Shown: positions 40,807 through 50,517 of the stretch, one piece after another | Layout: every line of letters begins with the position of its first letter | Position numbering within the stretch: the stretch's first letter is position 1 | Origin: Sphingomonas sp. | Lineage (GTDB): Bacteria > Pseudomonadota > Alphaproteobacteria > Sphingomonadales > Sphingomonadaceae | DNA: 54,575 bases | Direction: 5' to 3' | Assembly (NCBI GenBank): GCA_031412595.1 | Contig: JANODH010000182.1 | Location: 1 to 54,575 of the forward strand | Made by a program: the position numbers and the translations under genes | The notes under the pieces: generated by a model | Databases searched by the model: none | What the model saw: only the letters and a program-made list of their open reading frames with translations | Told to the model about the DNA's origin: nothing

Positions 40807-41705
40807 TACCGGTCCCTTTCGATCGAATAGCGCGCGATGGCGCGCAGGAGATCAGCTTCCGGCCCGAAGCTGCCAAGATGAGCCACGGCCTGGTCGACAA
40901 GCATTTGTGCCTGCGCACGTGCGCGATCGACACCAAGCAACGACAGAAACGTCGCCTTGCCCGCTGCCGCATCCTTGTGCAGCGCTTTGCCAGCCAGCGC
41001 TTCGTCGCCTTCTTCGTCGAGAAGATCGTCCGCAATCTGGAACGCAAGGCCGACGTCGCGCGCATAGCCGCGCAGCGATGCACGACCTTCGGGCGGAACC
41101 CGGCCCATGATTGCCCCCGCTTCAACGCTGAACGCGATCAGCGCGCCCGTTTTCATTTGCTGAAGCCGCGTGACGCCATTCAAATCGAATATCTGTGTTT
41201 CAGCGGCAATATCCATCATCTGTCCGCCTGCCATGCCCGATGGACCGCTTGCGCGCGCCAGACCCTCAGCCAGTTCGATGCGAACGAAGGGATCGGGACT
41301 CACGGACTCGTCGACCACCAGCTCGAAAGCAAGCGCATGGAGCGAGTCGCCTGCAAGCACTGCAATCGCTTCATCGAAGGCTCTGTGCACCGTTGGCTTG
41401 CCGCGCCGCATGTCGTCATCGTCCATGCACGGCAAATCATCGTGAATCAGCGAATAGACATGGATCGCTTCGACAGCGCAGCCGACGCGCAGCGCTGCCA
41501 CCCGATCCACATTGAACAGCGCGCACGATGCAACGACGAGCAGCGGCCGCAATCGCTTGCCGCCACCGATCGTCGCATGGCGCATCGCATGGAAAAGCGG
41601 CGCGCGCTGATCATCGGGCACGGGCAACAACGTGTCGAACAGCCGGTCAACATCGCGCGCGATCTCTGTCAGCGCATCCCCCAGAAGCGGCGCAACGACC
41701 CCCAT
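40806..41705 (-). CDS. ispA: Farnesyl diphosphate synthase
   Basis: GGKRLRP, SLIHDDLPCMDDDDMRRG, GGQMMD, KTGAL, FQIADDLLD. Confidence 0.93.
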   Translation of the reverse strand: MGVVAPLLGDALTEIARDVDRLFDTLLPVPDDQRAPLFHAMRHATIGGGKRLRPLLVVASCALFNVDRVAALRVGCAVEAIHVYSLIHDDLPCMDDDDMRRGKPTVHRAFDEAIAVLAGDSLHALAFELVVDESVSPDPFVRIELAEGLARASGPSGMAGGQMMDIAAETQIFDLNGVTRLQQMKTGALIAFSVEAGAIMGRVPPEGRASLRGYARDVGLAFQIADDLLDEEGDEALAGKALHKDAAAGKATFLSLLGVDRARAQAQMLVDQAVAHLGSFGPEADLLRAIARYSIERDR

Positions 41706-41711
41706 CAGTCT

Positions 41712-41951
41712 TTAGCTCCCGTCAAAAGGCGTCGTGCCCATTGGTGCACCGTCGCTGCCGAGACTGATTTTTTCGATTCGTGCTTGCGCATCTTTCAAGC
41801 GCCGTTCGCATTGCACCTTGAGCGCATCACCTTCGGTATAAAGCTTGATCGAAGAGTCGAGGCTTTCGTCGCCGCTTTCGAGGCGCTGGACGATCGTTTC
41901 GAGGCGCTTCAGCGCGTCTTCGAACGAGAGAGCAGTCAGGTCTTCAGCCAT
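41712..41951 (-). CDS. xseB: Exodeoxyribonuclease VII small subunit
   Basis: [19 protein letters not shown]...LYTEG; upstream of ispA. Confidence 0.93.
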   Translation of the reverse strand: MAEDLTALSFEDALKRLETIVQRLESGDESLDSSIKLYTEGDALKVQCERRLKDAQARIEKISLGSDGAPMGTTPFDGS

Positions 41952-41982
41952 GATTGCGTAGTGACGAGCGCAAACGCAGGGG

Positions 41983-43644
41983 TCAACCCGCCGCTTTGGC
42001 GCGCTCTTCGGCAACGAGTTCCTTGCGACTGAGTTTACCCACCAGCGTCTTGGGCAGATTGAGCCGAACTTCAACATCGATCACCCGCTCATGCTTGCCG
42101 AGTTGAGGGTTGAGCCATGCTTTCAGATCAGAACCATCAGCCCCTTCATTGAGCGTGACGAAAGCTTTGGGCATTTCACCGTGGTAGGCATCGGGGATTC
42201 CGATGACCAGCGCTTCTTTGACGTCGGGATGCCGGTAAAGCACGGCCTCGATCTGGCTCGGGAATACTTTGAAACCACCGACCGCAATCATATCCTTCAG
42301 GCGGTCGACGATACGGATATAACCGTCGTCATCGATCGTCGCGACGTCGCCGGTGCGCAGAAAGCCTTCGATAAATGTATCGACATCGGTCTCGCTGCGC
42401 CCCCAGTAACCTTGCATCGTCTGCGGCCCGTTGAACACGAGTTCGCCCGGCTCATTCTCCGCTGCCGGCTTAGTTGGATCTTCGCGGTCGACGAGCTTGA
42501 CGAGTGTTCCCGGCACAGGCTGGCCGATCGTCCCGGTCTTGTTGATGCCGTCATAGGGATTGCAGGCAACCACGCCCGAACTCTCGGTCAGGCCGTAGCC
42601 CTCGACGACGCGTGCGCCGGTTGCGCGTTCAAACTTGGTCTTCAGCGCCGGCGCGAGCGGCGCGCCACCCGAAATACAGACGCGCAATGATTTGAACGAC
42701 GTTTTCCCCATATTCGGATGATCGAGCAGTGCTTGATACATCGTCGGCACACCGGGCAGCGCTGTTGCCTTGATCCGTGCGATCGTGGCCAAAGTGGCTT
42801 TGGCATCGAAACGCGGCAGCATGGCGACCATGCCACCTGCCAAAACAGTCCGGTTCAAAACGCATGTATTTGCAAAGACGTGGAAAAAGGGAAGAACCCC
42901 GACGATACGGTCGGGCTCGCCGGCACGCGGGTCAAGCGAATGAACCTGTCGCGCGTTAGCCGTCATGTTCTGATGCGAGAGCATGGCACCTTTGGGCACC
43001 CCTGTCGTGCCCCCTGTGTACTGGATCAATGCGATTTCATCGTGATGGATGTCGACCGGTTTGAACACGCCCGTGACCGACGCGAGCCGCACGATGCGCG
43101 TGTCATCGGGCAAAAGCGCGATATCGGCGCGCTTGAACAATTTATACATTGTCCGCTTCATCGGCGGCAGGGCGTCGGCAATCGCGCCAACGAAGATCCG
43201 GTCGATCAATCGCTGATCTAGCAGTGATGTCGCCGTTGCCATCAATTGCGGCACATCGGTTGTAACAATGATTCGCGCGCCGCTGTCGGCCACCTGATGC
43301 GCCAGTTCGGCAACCGAATATAGCGGCGACAAGTTGACGATAATGCCGCCGGCCATGAGCGCGCCATAATAGGCCACAAGATATTCGGGCACGTTGGGCA
43401 GGAAAAGGCCGATCCGGTCGGCTTTTGCCATGCCCTGCGCCTGCAGACCGCCCGCAAAATTCTGCGCGCGCTCTGCGATATCGGCGTAGCTCGCTTGCGC
43501 GCCCATAAAATCGGTCAGGATGGCTGTCGGCGTTTTTGCGGCACTTGCGGCAAACATCGCCGGAAGCGTCATCGGCGGAAAGGAGCGATCCCACGCTGAC
43601 GGATGCACATAATGCTTTCGCCAGACGCTCGACCGATCACTCAT
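41983..43644 (-). CDS. Long-chain fatty acid-CoA ligase
   Basis: [35 protein letters not shown]. Confidence 0.92.
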   Translation of the reverse strand: MSDRSSVWRKHYVHPSAWDRSFPPMTLPAMFAASAAKTPTAILTDFMGAQASYADIAERAQNFAGGLQAQGMAKADRIGLFLPNVPEYLVAYYGALMAGGIIVNLSPLYSVAELAHQVADSGARIIVTTDVPQLMATATSLLDQRLIDRIFVGAIADALPPMKRTMYKLFKRADIALLPDDTRIVRLASVTGVFKPVDIHHDEIALIQYTGGTTGVPKGAMLSHQNMTANARQVHSLDPRAGEPDRIVGVLPFFHVFANTCVLNRTVLAGGMVAMLPRFDAKATLATIARIKATALPGVPTMYQALLDHPNMGKTSFKSLRVCISGGAPLAPALKTKFERATGARVVEGYGLTESSGVVACNPYDGINKTGTIGQPVPGTLVKLVDREDPTKPAAENEPGELVFNGPQTMQGYWGRSETDVDTFIEGFLRTGDVATIDDDGYIRIVDRLKDMIAVGGFKVFPSQIEAVLYRHPDVKEALVIGIPDAYHGEMPKAFVTLNEGADGSDLKAWLNPQLGKHERVIDVEVRLNLPKTLVGKLSRKELVAEERAKAAG

Positions 43645-43659
43645 TTCACTGAGTCTAGG

Positions 43660-44748
43660 CTAGGCTGCCGAATAAAAATAGACCCCGTCGCGGTCTTCCT
43701 TCACGGCGCGACCCGTCACTTCCAGATGCCGCAAATGCGCAAGCGCTTCACCGGTTGCGAGGCCGAGAATGCTGTCGTCCACAGCACGCGCAAACAGGAC
43801 ACCGAAGCAATCGACCGCACGACGCGGTTCTTCGGTGAGCCTCGAATGAAGCCGGTCAAGACTGACGCGGTGCCCCTCTTCGAGGCGATCAAGTCGTGCG
43901 TGAAGGCCTCTAAATGGTTCGCCATGCGCCGGCAGGACCAGCAAGCTATCGGGCAATGCGCGAAATTTCGTAATCGACGCCAGCCATTCGCCCAAGGGAT
44001 CAGCGGTCGGTTCGGTGATCGTTACCGACACGTTCGACGTAATCCGCGGCAAAACCTGATCACCGGCGATGATCAGGTCACCCTCGAAATCGACCAGACA
44101 AACATGCTCGGGCGTGTGGCCGCTGCCGACCAAGACCGTCCAGTCGCGCTTGCCGATGCGGATCACATCGCCTTCGGTCATCCGCGTGTGCCCGACAGGC
44201 AGAGGTGACACGATCTTGCCAAAATTTCCCCAGCCACGCGCTTTCATCGTTGCAATCTGGTCTTCGTTCCAGCCAGCACCGATCAATTGGTCGACAGCTT
44301 CGGCCGGCGGTTCTTCGCGGACATCGGCCATCAGCATCCGCGTAAGCAGATATTCCGTCCGGTTCATCCACAGCGGGGCGCGGTGCGTTTCGCAGAGCCA
44401 GCCTGCACAACCAATGTGGTCGGGGTGGAAATGCGTGGCAAAAACGCGTGTGACCCGCCGCCCGCCGAGCGCGCGCTCCCACGCTTCCTTGCTTGCCGGG
44501 ATATTCAGACCCGTATCGACAATCGCGACGTCATCGCCCCCGGAATCAGGATCATCGAGCACCCAGACATTGATATGCTTCAGGAGCCCGGGCACCGGCA
44601 GCCGCGTCCAGCCGACGCCTTCGGCAATGGGAAACACATCGCCATAGCCCGGCGCAAATTCGCCAAGCGGATACGTCAGGCCCTTGGCGATGAGTGGTTC
44701 GAACCCATGATCGGCAAGACTTGCGTCGAAGGCAGGCGCTTCGGCCAC
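43660..44748 (-). CDS. MBL-fold metallo-hydrolase
   Basis: THFHPDHIG, GHTPEH, GDQVLP, PAHG. Confidence 0.9.
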   Translation of the reverse strand: MAEAPAFDASLADHGFEPLIAKGLTYPLGEFAPGYGDVFPIAEGVGWTRLPVPGLLKHINVWVLDDPDSGGDDVAIVDTGLNIPASKEAWERALGGRRVTRVFATHFHPDHIGCAGWLCETHRAPLWMNRTEYLLTRMLMADVREEPPAEAVDQLIGAGWNEDQIATMKARGWGNFGKIVSPLPVGHTRMTEGDVIRIGKRDWTVLVGSGHTPEHVCLVDFEGDLIIAGDQVLPRITSNVSVTITEPTADPLGEWLASITKFRALPDSLLVLPAHGEPFRGLHARLDRLEEGHRVSLDRLHSRLTEEPRRAVDCFGVLFARAVDDSILGLATGEALAHLRHLEVTGRAVKEDRDGVYFYSAA

Positions 44749-45435
44749 TTATTTTTTGAACGGATCGACGAAATTCCCGATCATGCCCGGCCCTTCACCC
44801 GCTTCTTGGGCTGCAACAGCATCTGCAACGCGCGCGGCTTCGGTCCGCTGATCGCGCAGTTCCTGAATGAGTGCGGCACGATCGCCGTCGATCCGGTCGT
44901 CAACCGGCGCTTCGATGCCAGCAGCCTTGGCGGCTTTGGCGACCGCTGCATCGAGTTCGCGCTGCGATGTAAGACCAAGTGTAACAGGGTCCTTCGGTGT
45001 AATATTGGCCATGTTCCAGTGAGAGCGGTCACGTATTGCGCCTATTGTCGTCCGCGTTGTTCCGATCAGCTTGCCGATCTGTCCGTCGCTCACTTCGGGG
45101 TGATTGCGGATGATCCACGCAATGCCATCGGGCTTGTCGGCACGCTTCGACACCGGCGTGTAGCGCGGCCCCTTGGTCCGCGAAACAGCTTCAGGTTCGC
45201 GTTCCATTTTAAGAACATAATTCGGGTCGTTCTGACCCTTTTCGATCTCGGCCATCGTCAACTCGTGCGCGCGCATCGGATCACGTCCGGTCAGCTTGGT
45301 CGCGGCTGTATCGTCGGCGATTGCCTGCACTTCGAGTATGTGAAGACCGCAGAACGTCGCGATCTGTTCAAAGCTCAGCGACGTGTTGTCCACCAGCCAT
45401 GACGCAGTGGCATGAGGCATGAGCGGCTGGGCCAT
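44749..45435 (-). CDS. trcR: DUF1013 cell-cycle transcriptional regulator TrcR
   Basis: PLMPHATASWLVDNTSLSFEQIA, GPRYTPVSKR, IGTTRTTI, RSHWN, DPVTLGL. Confidence 0.85.
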   Translation of the reverse strand: MAQPLMPHATASWLVDNTSLSFEQIATFCGLHILEVQAIADDTAATKLTGRDPMRAHELTMAEIEKGQNDPNYVLKMEREPEAVSRTKGPRYTPVSKRADKPDGIAWIIRNHPEVSDGQIGKLIGTTRTTIGAIRDRSHWNMANITPKDPVTLGLTSQRELDAAVAKAAKAAGIEAPVDDRIDGDRAALIQELRDQRTEAARVADAVAAQEAGEGPGMIGNFVDPFKK

Positions 45436-45447
45436 GAAAAATCCTTC

Positions 45448-45481
45448 ACATAAAATAAGGGCCGCCCCTTTCGGAGCGGCC
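45448..45481 (-). terminator. Terminator-like hairpin directly upstream of trcR
   Basis: Minus strand GGCCGCTCC-GAAA-GGGGCGGCC-CTTATTTTAT. Confidence 0.6.
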
Positions 45482-45527
45482 TGGTGCTGACACTCGTCTA
45501 ATCGGCTTGCCGCCAAAGGGCAAGGCG

Positions 45528-46550
45528 TCAGGCGGCGACGGCACGTTCGTGAAGGGGGACGAGGCCAGCGAGAAACTGCCCTGCGCTGGCCGACCATGTA
45601 AATGAAGCGCCATAAGCCGCACATGTGGCGCGGTTACGCGTAAGCGCGTTTGCAATGGCCGCTGTCAAATCGTCGTCGAGCGCGCCGGTGGTTGGCGTGA
45701 CGACATCGATCGGTCCACTGACGGGATAGGCCGCAACAGGAGTCCCGCAGGCAAGAGCTTCGATCATCACGAGGCCGAATGTGTCCGTGCGGCTGGGGAA
45801 AACGAAAACGTCGGCCCCGGCGTAAGCACCGGCCAGTGCGCGCCCCTTCAAGGAGCCAAGAAAGTGGACACCGGGAAATTGTGCAGCAAGCATAGCGCGG
45901 GCCGGACCTTCACCAACAACGACTTTGCTCCCCGGATGGTCACTTTCAAGAAATGCCTCGATGTTCTTTTCGATCGCGATCCGCCCCACATAAAGCTGAA
46001 TCGGGCGCGGCAGCGTGGCGAACAAATCAGGCAGCGGAGCGCTGGGCGAAAAACTCGCCAGATCGACGCCGCGCGACCAGTGCCGATGATGCGGAATTCC
46101 ATGCGCGCTCAGCATTTGGCGCACCGACGGCGTCGAGACGAGAACAGCTTGCGACGCGCCATGAAACCAGCGCATGTACATCCAGATCCACTCGGCCGAA
46201 ATGCCCGTGCGCGCTTCGAAATAGTCGGGGAATTGCGTGTGATAGGCTGTCGTGAACGGAAAGCCCTGACGCAGGCACCAGCGCCGCGCCGCCAGACTTA
46301 ACGGGCCCTCGGTTGAAAGATGCACGGCATCGGGCACGAACTTCGCAATCCGCTCGCCCACCCATGAAGCCCGCGTGACTGCAAGTCGAATTTCGGGATA
46401 AGTGGGGCACGGGATGGATGGATAAAGATCGGGTGAAATCACTTCGACTACATGCCCGCGCTGCTCGAGTTCGGACCGCGTTGCCACTAAAGTGCGGACA
46501 ACACCATTGACCTGCGGGCGCCATGCATCGGTGATGATCGCAATCCGCAT
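45528..46550 (-). CDS. GT4 glycosyltransferase (Agt-like glycolipid synthase)
   Basis: TDAWRPQVNGVVRTL, TEGPL, FTTAYHTQFP, YVGRIAIEKN, FPSRTDTFGLVMIEALACG; adjacent to plcP-like gene. Confidence 0.88.
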   Translation of the reverse strand: MRIAIITDAWRPQVNGVVRTLVATRSELEQRGHVVEVISPDLYPSIPCPTYPEIRLAVTRASWVGERIAKFVPDAVHLSTEGPLSLAARRWCLRQGFPFTTAYHTQFPDYFEARTGISAEWIWMYMRWFHGASQAVLVSTPSVRQMLSAHGIPHHRHWSRGVDLASFSPSAPLPDLFATLPRPIQLYVGRIAIEKNIEAFLESDHPGSKVVVGEGPARAMLAAQFPGVHFLGSLKGRALAGAYAGADVFVFPSRTDTFGLVMIEALACGTPVAAYPVSGPIDVVTPTTGALDDDLTAAIANALTRNRATCAAYGASFTWSASAGQFLAGLVPLHERAVAA

Positions 46551-46563
46551 GCCGCTGCCATCC

Positions 46564-47424
46564 TTATGCTGCGAGCTTCAGTCCTGATCCGGTCCGAGCC
46601 TGCTGCACATCGGCCCAGTGCAGAATTTCCATCCGCCCGTCGAAATGTTCGACCAGCGCGGTGCATCCTTCGACCCAATCGCCGTCGTTATAATATTCGA
46701 CGCCAGAAATATCACGCATTTCCGCCGTATGGATATGGCCGCAGACGACACCATCCACCTTGCGCTCGGCCGCTTCGTGCGCGACCACTTGCTCGAACTG
46801 GCCGATAAACTCGACAGCGTTCTTGACCTTGTGTTTGGCATGCTTCGACAGCGACCAATAAGGCTTGCCAAGCGAGGCCCGAATGCGATTCACGACGTAG
46901 TTGAATCGCATCAGCAAGTGATACGCCTGATCACCGATCACGGCGAGCCAGCGGTGGGCAAGCATGACCGCATCGAATTCGTCACCGTGGAGCACAAGCA
47001 ATTTACGACCATCGGCCGTTTCGTGAATGGCTTCCCGAACGATTTCGACGCCACCGAAGTTCATCCCCGCGAACTGGCGAAACATTTCGTCGTGGTTTCC
47101 AGGGATATAGACCACCCGCGTGCCGCGCTTGGCGCGTTTCATGACGCGCCAGACAATGTCATTATGGGCGGCTGGCCAGTAGAATTTCTTTTTCATCCGC
47201 CAGCCGTCGATGATGTCGCCCACGAGGTACATCGTCTCGCTATCGGTTGAATCGAGAAAATCGATCAGCATTCCTGCATTGCAGCCGCGCGTGCCCAGAT
47301 GAATATCGCTTATCCAGATCGTGCGATAGCGTTGCCGCTCACGCCTGCCTTCGGGAATTGAAGGTGACTGATCGACCAAGTCGCTGAAATCGCTGTCGAA
47401 TGGCATCCGAGTGATCGCGTCCAT
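46564..47424 (-). CDS. plcP: Metallophosphoesterase, PlcP-like phospholipase C (LpxH-like family)
   Basis: ISDIHLG, VGDIIDGW, GNHDE, HGDEFD, CGHIH, NDGDWVEGCTAL; RBS AGGGAG before ATG 47424. Confidence 0.8.
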   Translation of the reverse strand: MDAITRMPFDSDFSDLVDQSPSIPEGRRERQRYRTIWISDIHLGTRGCNAGMLIDFLDSTDSETMYLVGDIIDGWRMKKKFYWPAAHNDIVWRVMKRAKRGTRVVYIPGNHDEMFRQFAGMNFGGVEIVREAIHETADGRKLLVLHGDEFDAVMLAHRWLAVIGDQAYHLLMRFNYVVNRIRASLGKPYWSLSKHAKHKVKNAVEFIGQFEQVVAHEAAERKVDGVVCGHIHTAEMRDISGVEYYNDGDWVEGCTALVEHFDGRMEILHWADVQQARTGSGLKLAA

Positions 47425-47477
47425 GTTCGCTCCCTGCCGGACGTATCGTCTTATCGGCTGCGTTATGAATCTTGATT

Positions 47478-47517
47478 GTGACGCGCGTTCATCATTTTGA
47501 TGAGACAATTGTGACAA
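47478..47517 (-). promoter_or_regulatory. Pho box upstream of plcP-agt
   Basis: Minus strand TTGTCAC-aatt-GTCTCAT-caaa-(atgatga)-acgc-GCGTCAC at 11-bp spacing. Confidence 0.6.
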
Positions 47518-47553
47518 ACGCCTTGCCTGACCCGGGCTGACGCCGAGCGACAT

Positions 47554-48570
47554 TCACGATGGCACTGCCAGCACGATCTTTCCCACATGCGCGCCGGAGT
47601 CCATGAGGGCATGCGCGCGTGCAGCGTCTGCCAACGGAAATACGCTGTCGATAACTGGCTTCAACCGTCCTGCCTCGACGTGCGGCCAGACCGTGCGCGC
47701 GAGCTCTTCGGCGACCAGAGTCTTGAATATCACGGAGCGCGGCCTCAGAGTCGATCCGGTGAGCGTGAGCCGACGCATCATTACGAGGGGGATGAACAAA
47801 TCGGTTTTCGGGCCATTCAGTACGGCAATGGAGACATGCCGTCCCTCGTCGGCCAGGCATTGCAAATTGCGGGAAACGTAATCGCCACCAACCATATCGA
47901 GGACGGCGTTCACACCGGCGCCGCCCGTAAACCGCTGAACTTCGGCGACGAAATCGGCTGTCCTGTAATTAATTGCATGATCCGCGCCGATTGCCGACGC
48001 GCGGTCGCATTTTTCGTCGGATCCGCATGTAACGATCACTGTCAGGCCAAAAAGTTTTCCAAGCGAAATGGCCATGGTGCCGATGCCGCTGGTGCCGCCG
48101 TGGACAAGCACTGTGTCGCCTTCAACCGCGTAGGCACGCTCGAACAGATTCGTCCACACGGTGAACAGCGTTTCGGGCATCGCGGCTGCTTCGACCATCG
48201 ATAAGGCGCCAGAAACAGGCAGGCAAAGAGTTGCAGTGGCGACACAATATTCGGCGTAACCACCACCCGGCACCAGTGCGCACATCGGCTGTCCGAGTAG
48301 CGAGGCATCGACGCCTGTGCCGATCGCCGCAATCTCGCCTGCGACTTCGAGGCCGATGATCGACGGCGCACCGGGTGGCGGTGGGTATCCGCCCTTTCGT
48401 TGCAAAACATCGGGGCGGTTCACGCCAGCTGCATTTACGCGGATGAGGACTTCGCCTGGCCCCGGCTGTGGCACAGGCCGTTCGACAGGGACCAATACTT
48501 CAGGACCGCCCGCTGTTGCAGGGTCGATCGCAATCATCATATCGGGAATGTCGACCATAGCTTTGATCAC
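47554..48570 (-). CDS. NAD(P)H-quinone oxidoreductase (zeta-crystallin/PIG3 family)
   Basis: AAGVNRPD, GLEVAG, HGGTSGIG, GSTLRPR, HVGKIVL; start GTG 48570 or ATG 48558. Confidence 0.9.
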   Translation of the reverse strand: MIKAMVDIPDMMIAIDPATAGGPEVLVPVERPVPQPGPGEVLIRVNAAGVNRPDVLQRKGGYPPPPGAPSIIGLEVAGEIAAIGTGVDASLLGQPMCALVPGGGYAEYCVATATLCLPVSGALSMVEAAAMPETLFTVWTNLFERAYAVEGDTVLVHGGTSGIGTMAISLGKLFGLTVIVTCGSDEKCDRASAIGADHAINYRTADFVAEVQRFTGGAGVNAVLDMVGGDYVSRNLQCLADEGRHVSIAVLNGPKTDLFIPLVMMRRLTLTGSTLRPRSVIFKTLVAEELARTVWPHVEAGRLKPVIDSVFPLADAARAHALMDSGAHVGKIVLAVPS

Positions 48571-48628
48571 GAAACCTCTCCCTATGAGCGGCACTCAATT
48601 CGTCGGCGCTATCGAGGCACCGATACAA

Positions 48629-48662
48629 GAAAGGGCGCACCTGCCAAGGCGCGCCCTTTTTT
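48629..48662. terminator. Intrinsic terminator downstream of exbD
   Basis: AAAAGGGCGC...GCGCCCTTTT inverted repeat with A/T flanks. Confidence 0.7.
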
Positions 48663-48680
48663 AGCCGAAATCGAGATCAC

Positions 48681-49115
48681 TTATTTCCCGAATACGGAAT
48701 ATTGCTCGTTGCCGACAAACCCTAGTTTCGTGATTTCAGACTTTTTGATCACTGCCAAAACCTGATCGACCACGTCGTAACGCGAATTGGCATCCGGTTG
48801 CACATGCAGTTCGGGCTCAGGCACCATAACTCTGGTCGAGTCCAAATACTGGCGCAACGTCACCAAATCGATTGCCGAACCATTCCAGGTAACGGTGCCC
48901 GCAGGATCAATCGAAACTTTGTTGATGTCCGGCTTGATCGGATTTTCCGGTGGCGTTTGTGAATTCGCCGGAAGATCGATTTTCACAGCGTGGGTCTGGA
49001 TCGGGATCGTGATGATGAACATGATCAGCAAGACGAGCATGACGTCGATCAGCGGCGTTGTGTTCATTTCACCAATTGGTTCGTCGTCGGCGCCACCGCC
49101 CATACTGATTGACAT
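48681..49115 (-). CDS. exbD: ExbD/TolR
   Basis: MNTTPLIDVMLVLLIMFII; KIDLP; RBS GAGGAG. Confidence 0.92.
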   Translation of the reverse strand: MSISMGGGADDEPIGEMNTTPLIDVMLVLLIMFIITIPIQTHAVKIDLPANSQTPPENPIKPDINKVSIDPAGTVTWNGSAIDLVTLRQYLDSTRVMVPEPELHVQPDANSRYDVVDQVLAVIKKSEITKLGFVGNEQYSVFGK

Positions 49116-49148
49116 CAAACAAACTCCTCAAATTCAAACATCTTCTGT

Positions 49149-49631
49149 TCAGGCTCGCACATTGCCGCCCGGTGGCGGCTCGGAAATGAAGCCGACTTTG
49201 GCAAAACCAGCACGTTGCATGACGTAGATCGCGCCCCCAATGCAGCGATAGGGCGTGTTCACATCGCCACGGATGTGCGCTTCGGGTAGCTCAAGTCCAG
49301 GCGCATTGACGCCCCCCTGTTTTTCGATCTCGAGCTTTAACTTCGACACTGCACGATCCAGCAACTCGGTCGAGTCAACACGCGTCTGGTTCCAGTAAAT
49401 CTCGCATGCGCCCGTCGGAGCCTTGATCGACAGCGAAACATTTTCCGGTTTCGTTACCGTGGGGTCGAACCGGACACTAGGAAGCTTCACAGCGACGTTT
49501 TGCACCACAACCGGAATCGTAATCAAAAAGATGATGAGAAGCACCAGCATGACATCCACGAGCGGCGTCGTGTTGATTTCCGACAGCGGCTTTTCCTCGC
49601 CGCCATCATCACCGCCTACAGCCATTGACAT
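49149..49631 (-). CDS. exbD: ExbD/TolR
   Basis: INTTPLVDVMLVLLIIFLI; IRGD; KVGFISEP. Confidence 0.92.
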   Translation of the reverse strand: MSMAVGGDDGGEEKPLSEINTTPLVDVMLVLLIIFLITIPVVVQNVAVKLPSVRFDPTVTKPENVSLSIKAPTGACEIYWNQTRVDSTELLDRAVSKLKLEIEKQGGVNAPGLELPEAHIRGDVNTPYRCIGGAIYVMQRAGFAKVGFISEPPPGGNVRA

Positions 49632-49702
49632 AGAATATTATCCTGTCTGTTCGGGGTGAAGCGGATCGCAAGAGACCCGCTTCGCCCTAATCTCACGCCG
49701 AA

Positions 49703-50464
49703 TTAGGCTTTGGAAGGTGCCGCAACCGGCTTGGCAACGGCGGCCGTCTTAACAGCGCCGACGCGAACTGGCCGAACGGCACCGTTCGAAGCCATCCAGC
49801 CGTGGACGTCGTTTGTAAACGTACCCATTTCTTCGAGAATGGCTTTGTTGCGACCCTGCAACCAGTTGTATGCAAGCACGGCAGGAACCGCGACTGCAAG
49901 ACCAATGGCGGTCATGTACAGCGCTTCGCCGACGGGGCCGGCAACAGTATCGATCGACGCCTGGCCCGAGGCACCGATTTTGACCAAAGCGGTCAGAATT
50001 CCCATAACTGTCCCGAACAGCCCGACGAACGGCGCGGTCGATCCGACAGTCGCTAGAAACGAAAGGCCACCCTTGAGTTTCGATTCGATCGCGGCGCGCG
50101 AACGAGCCATCGTGGACAGCGCCCAGTCATGCTGATCGACTGGATCTGTCAGCAATGTGTGCTGCTCTTGCGCACGCAAGCCATCATCGATGATCTGCTT
50201 GTAAGGCGTATCCTTGTCGAGTTTGGCCGCTGCTTCTTTCAGCGACGCATGATTCCAAAAACTGGCACGGACCTTACGCGCCTGGGCCATGATCTTTTGC
50301 TGATCCCACCACTTCGAAAATAGAATGTAGAGCGTCCCTACTGACATGATGACCAGAATACCAAGCGTCATCCAAGTGACGACGCCACCCTCTTCGAGCG
50401 ATGCCATCAAGCCATATTGTGCTGCTTTGGGGGCCCCTGCTGCGGCTGCTAGTGTGATCAACAT
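49703..50464 (-). CDS. exbB: ExbB/TolQ proton channel
   Basis: LATVGSTAPFVGLFGTV, GEALYMTAIGLAVAVPA. Confidence 0.92.
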   Translation of the reverse strand: MLITLAAAAGAPKAAQYGLMASLEEGGVVTWMTLGILVIMSVGTLYILFSKWWDQQKIMAQARKVRASFWNHASLKEAAAKLDKDTPYKQIIDDGLRAQEQHTLLTDPVDQHDWALSTMARSRAAIESKLKGGLSFLATVGSTAPFVGLFGTVMGILTALVKIGASGQASIDTVAGPVGEALYMTAIGLAVAVPAVLAYNWLQGRNKAILEEMGTFTNDVHGWMASNGAVRPVRVGAVKTAAVAKPVAAPSKA

Positions 50465-50517
50465 ATTCGATTTTTCCCTCTAAATATAAACTTGCGTTTT
50501 GCTCGATTTCCGCCGCG

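Noticed and set aside
40878-45402. Long plus-strand ORFs (384 aa at 40878, 371 aa at 44287); similar antisense ORFs at 31478 and 35648
   Set aside because: Antisense to well-conserved genes; expected from high-GC codon bias
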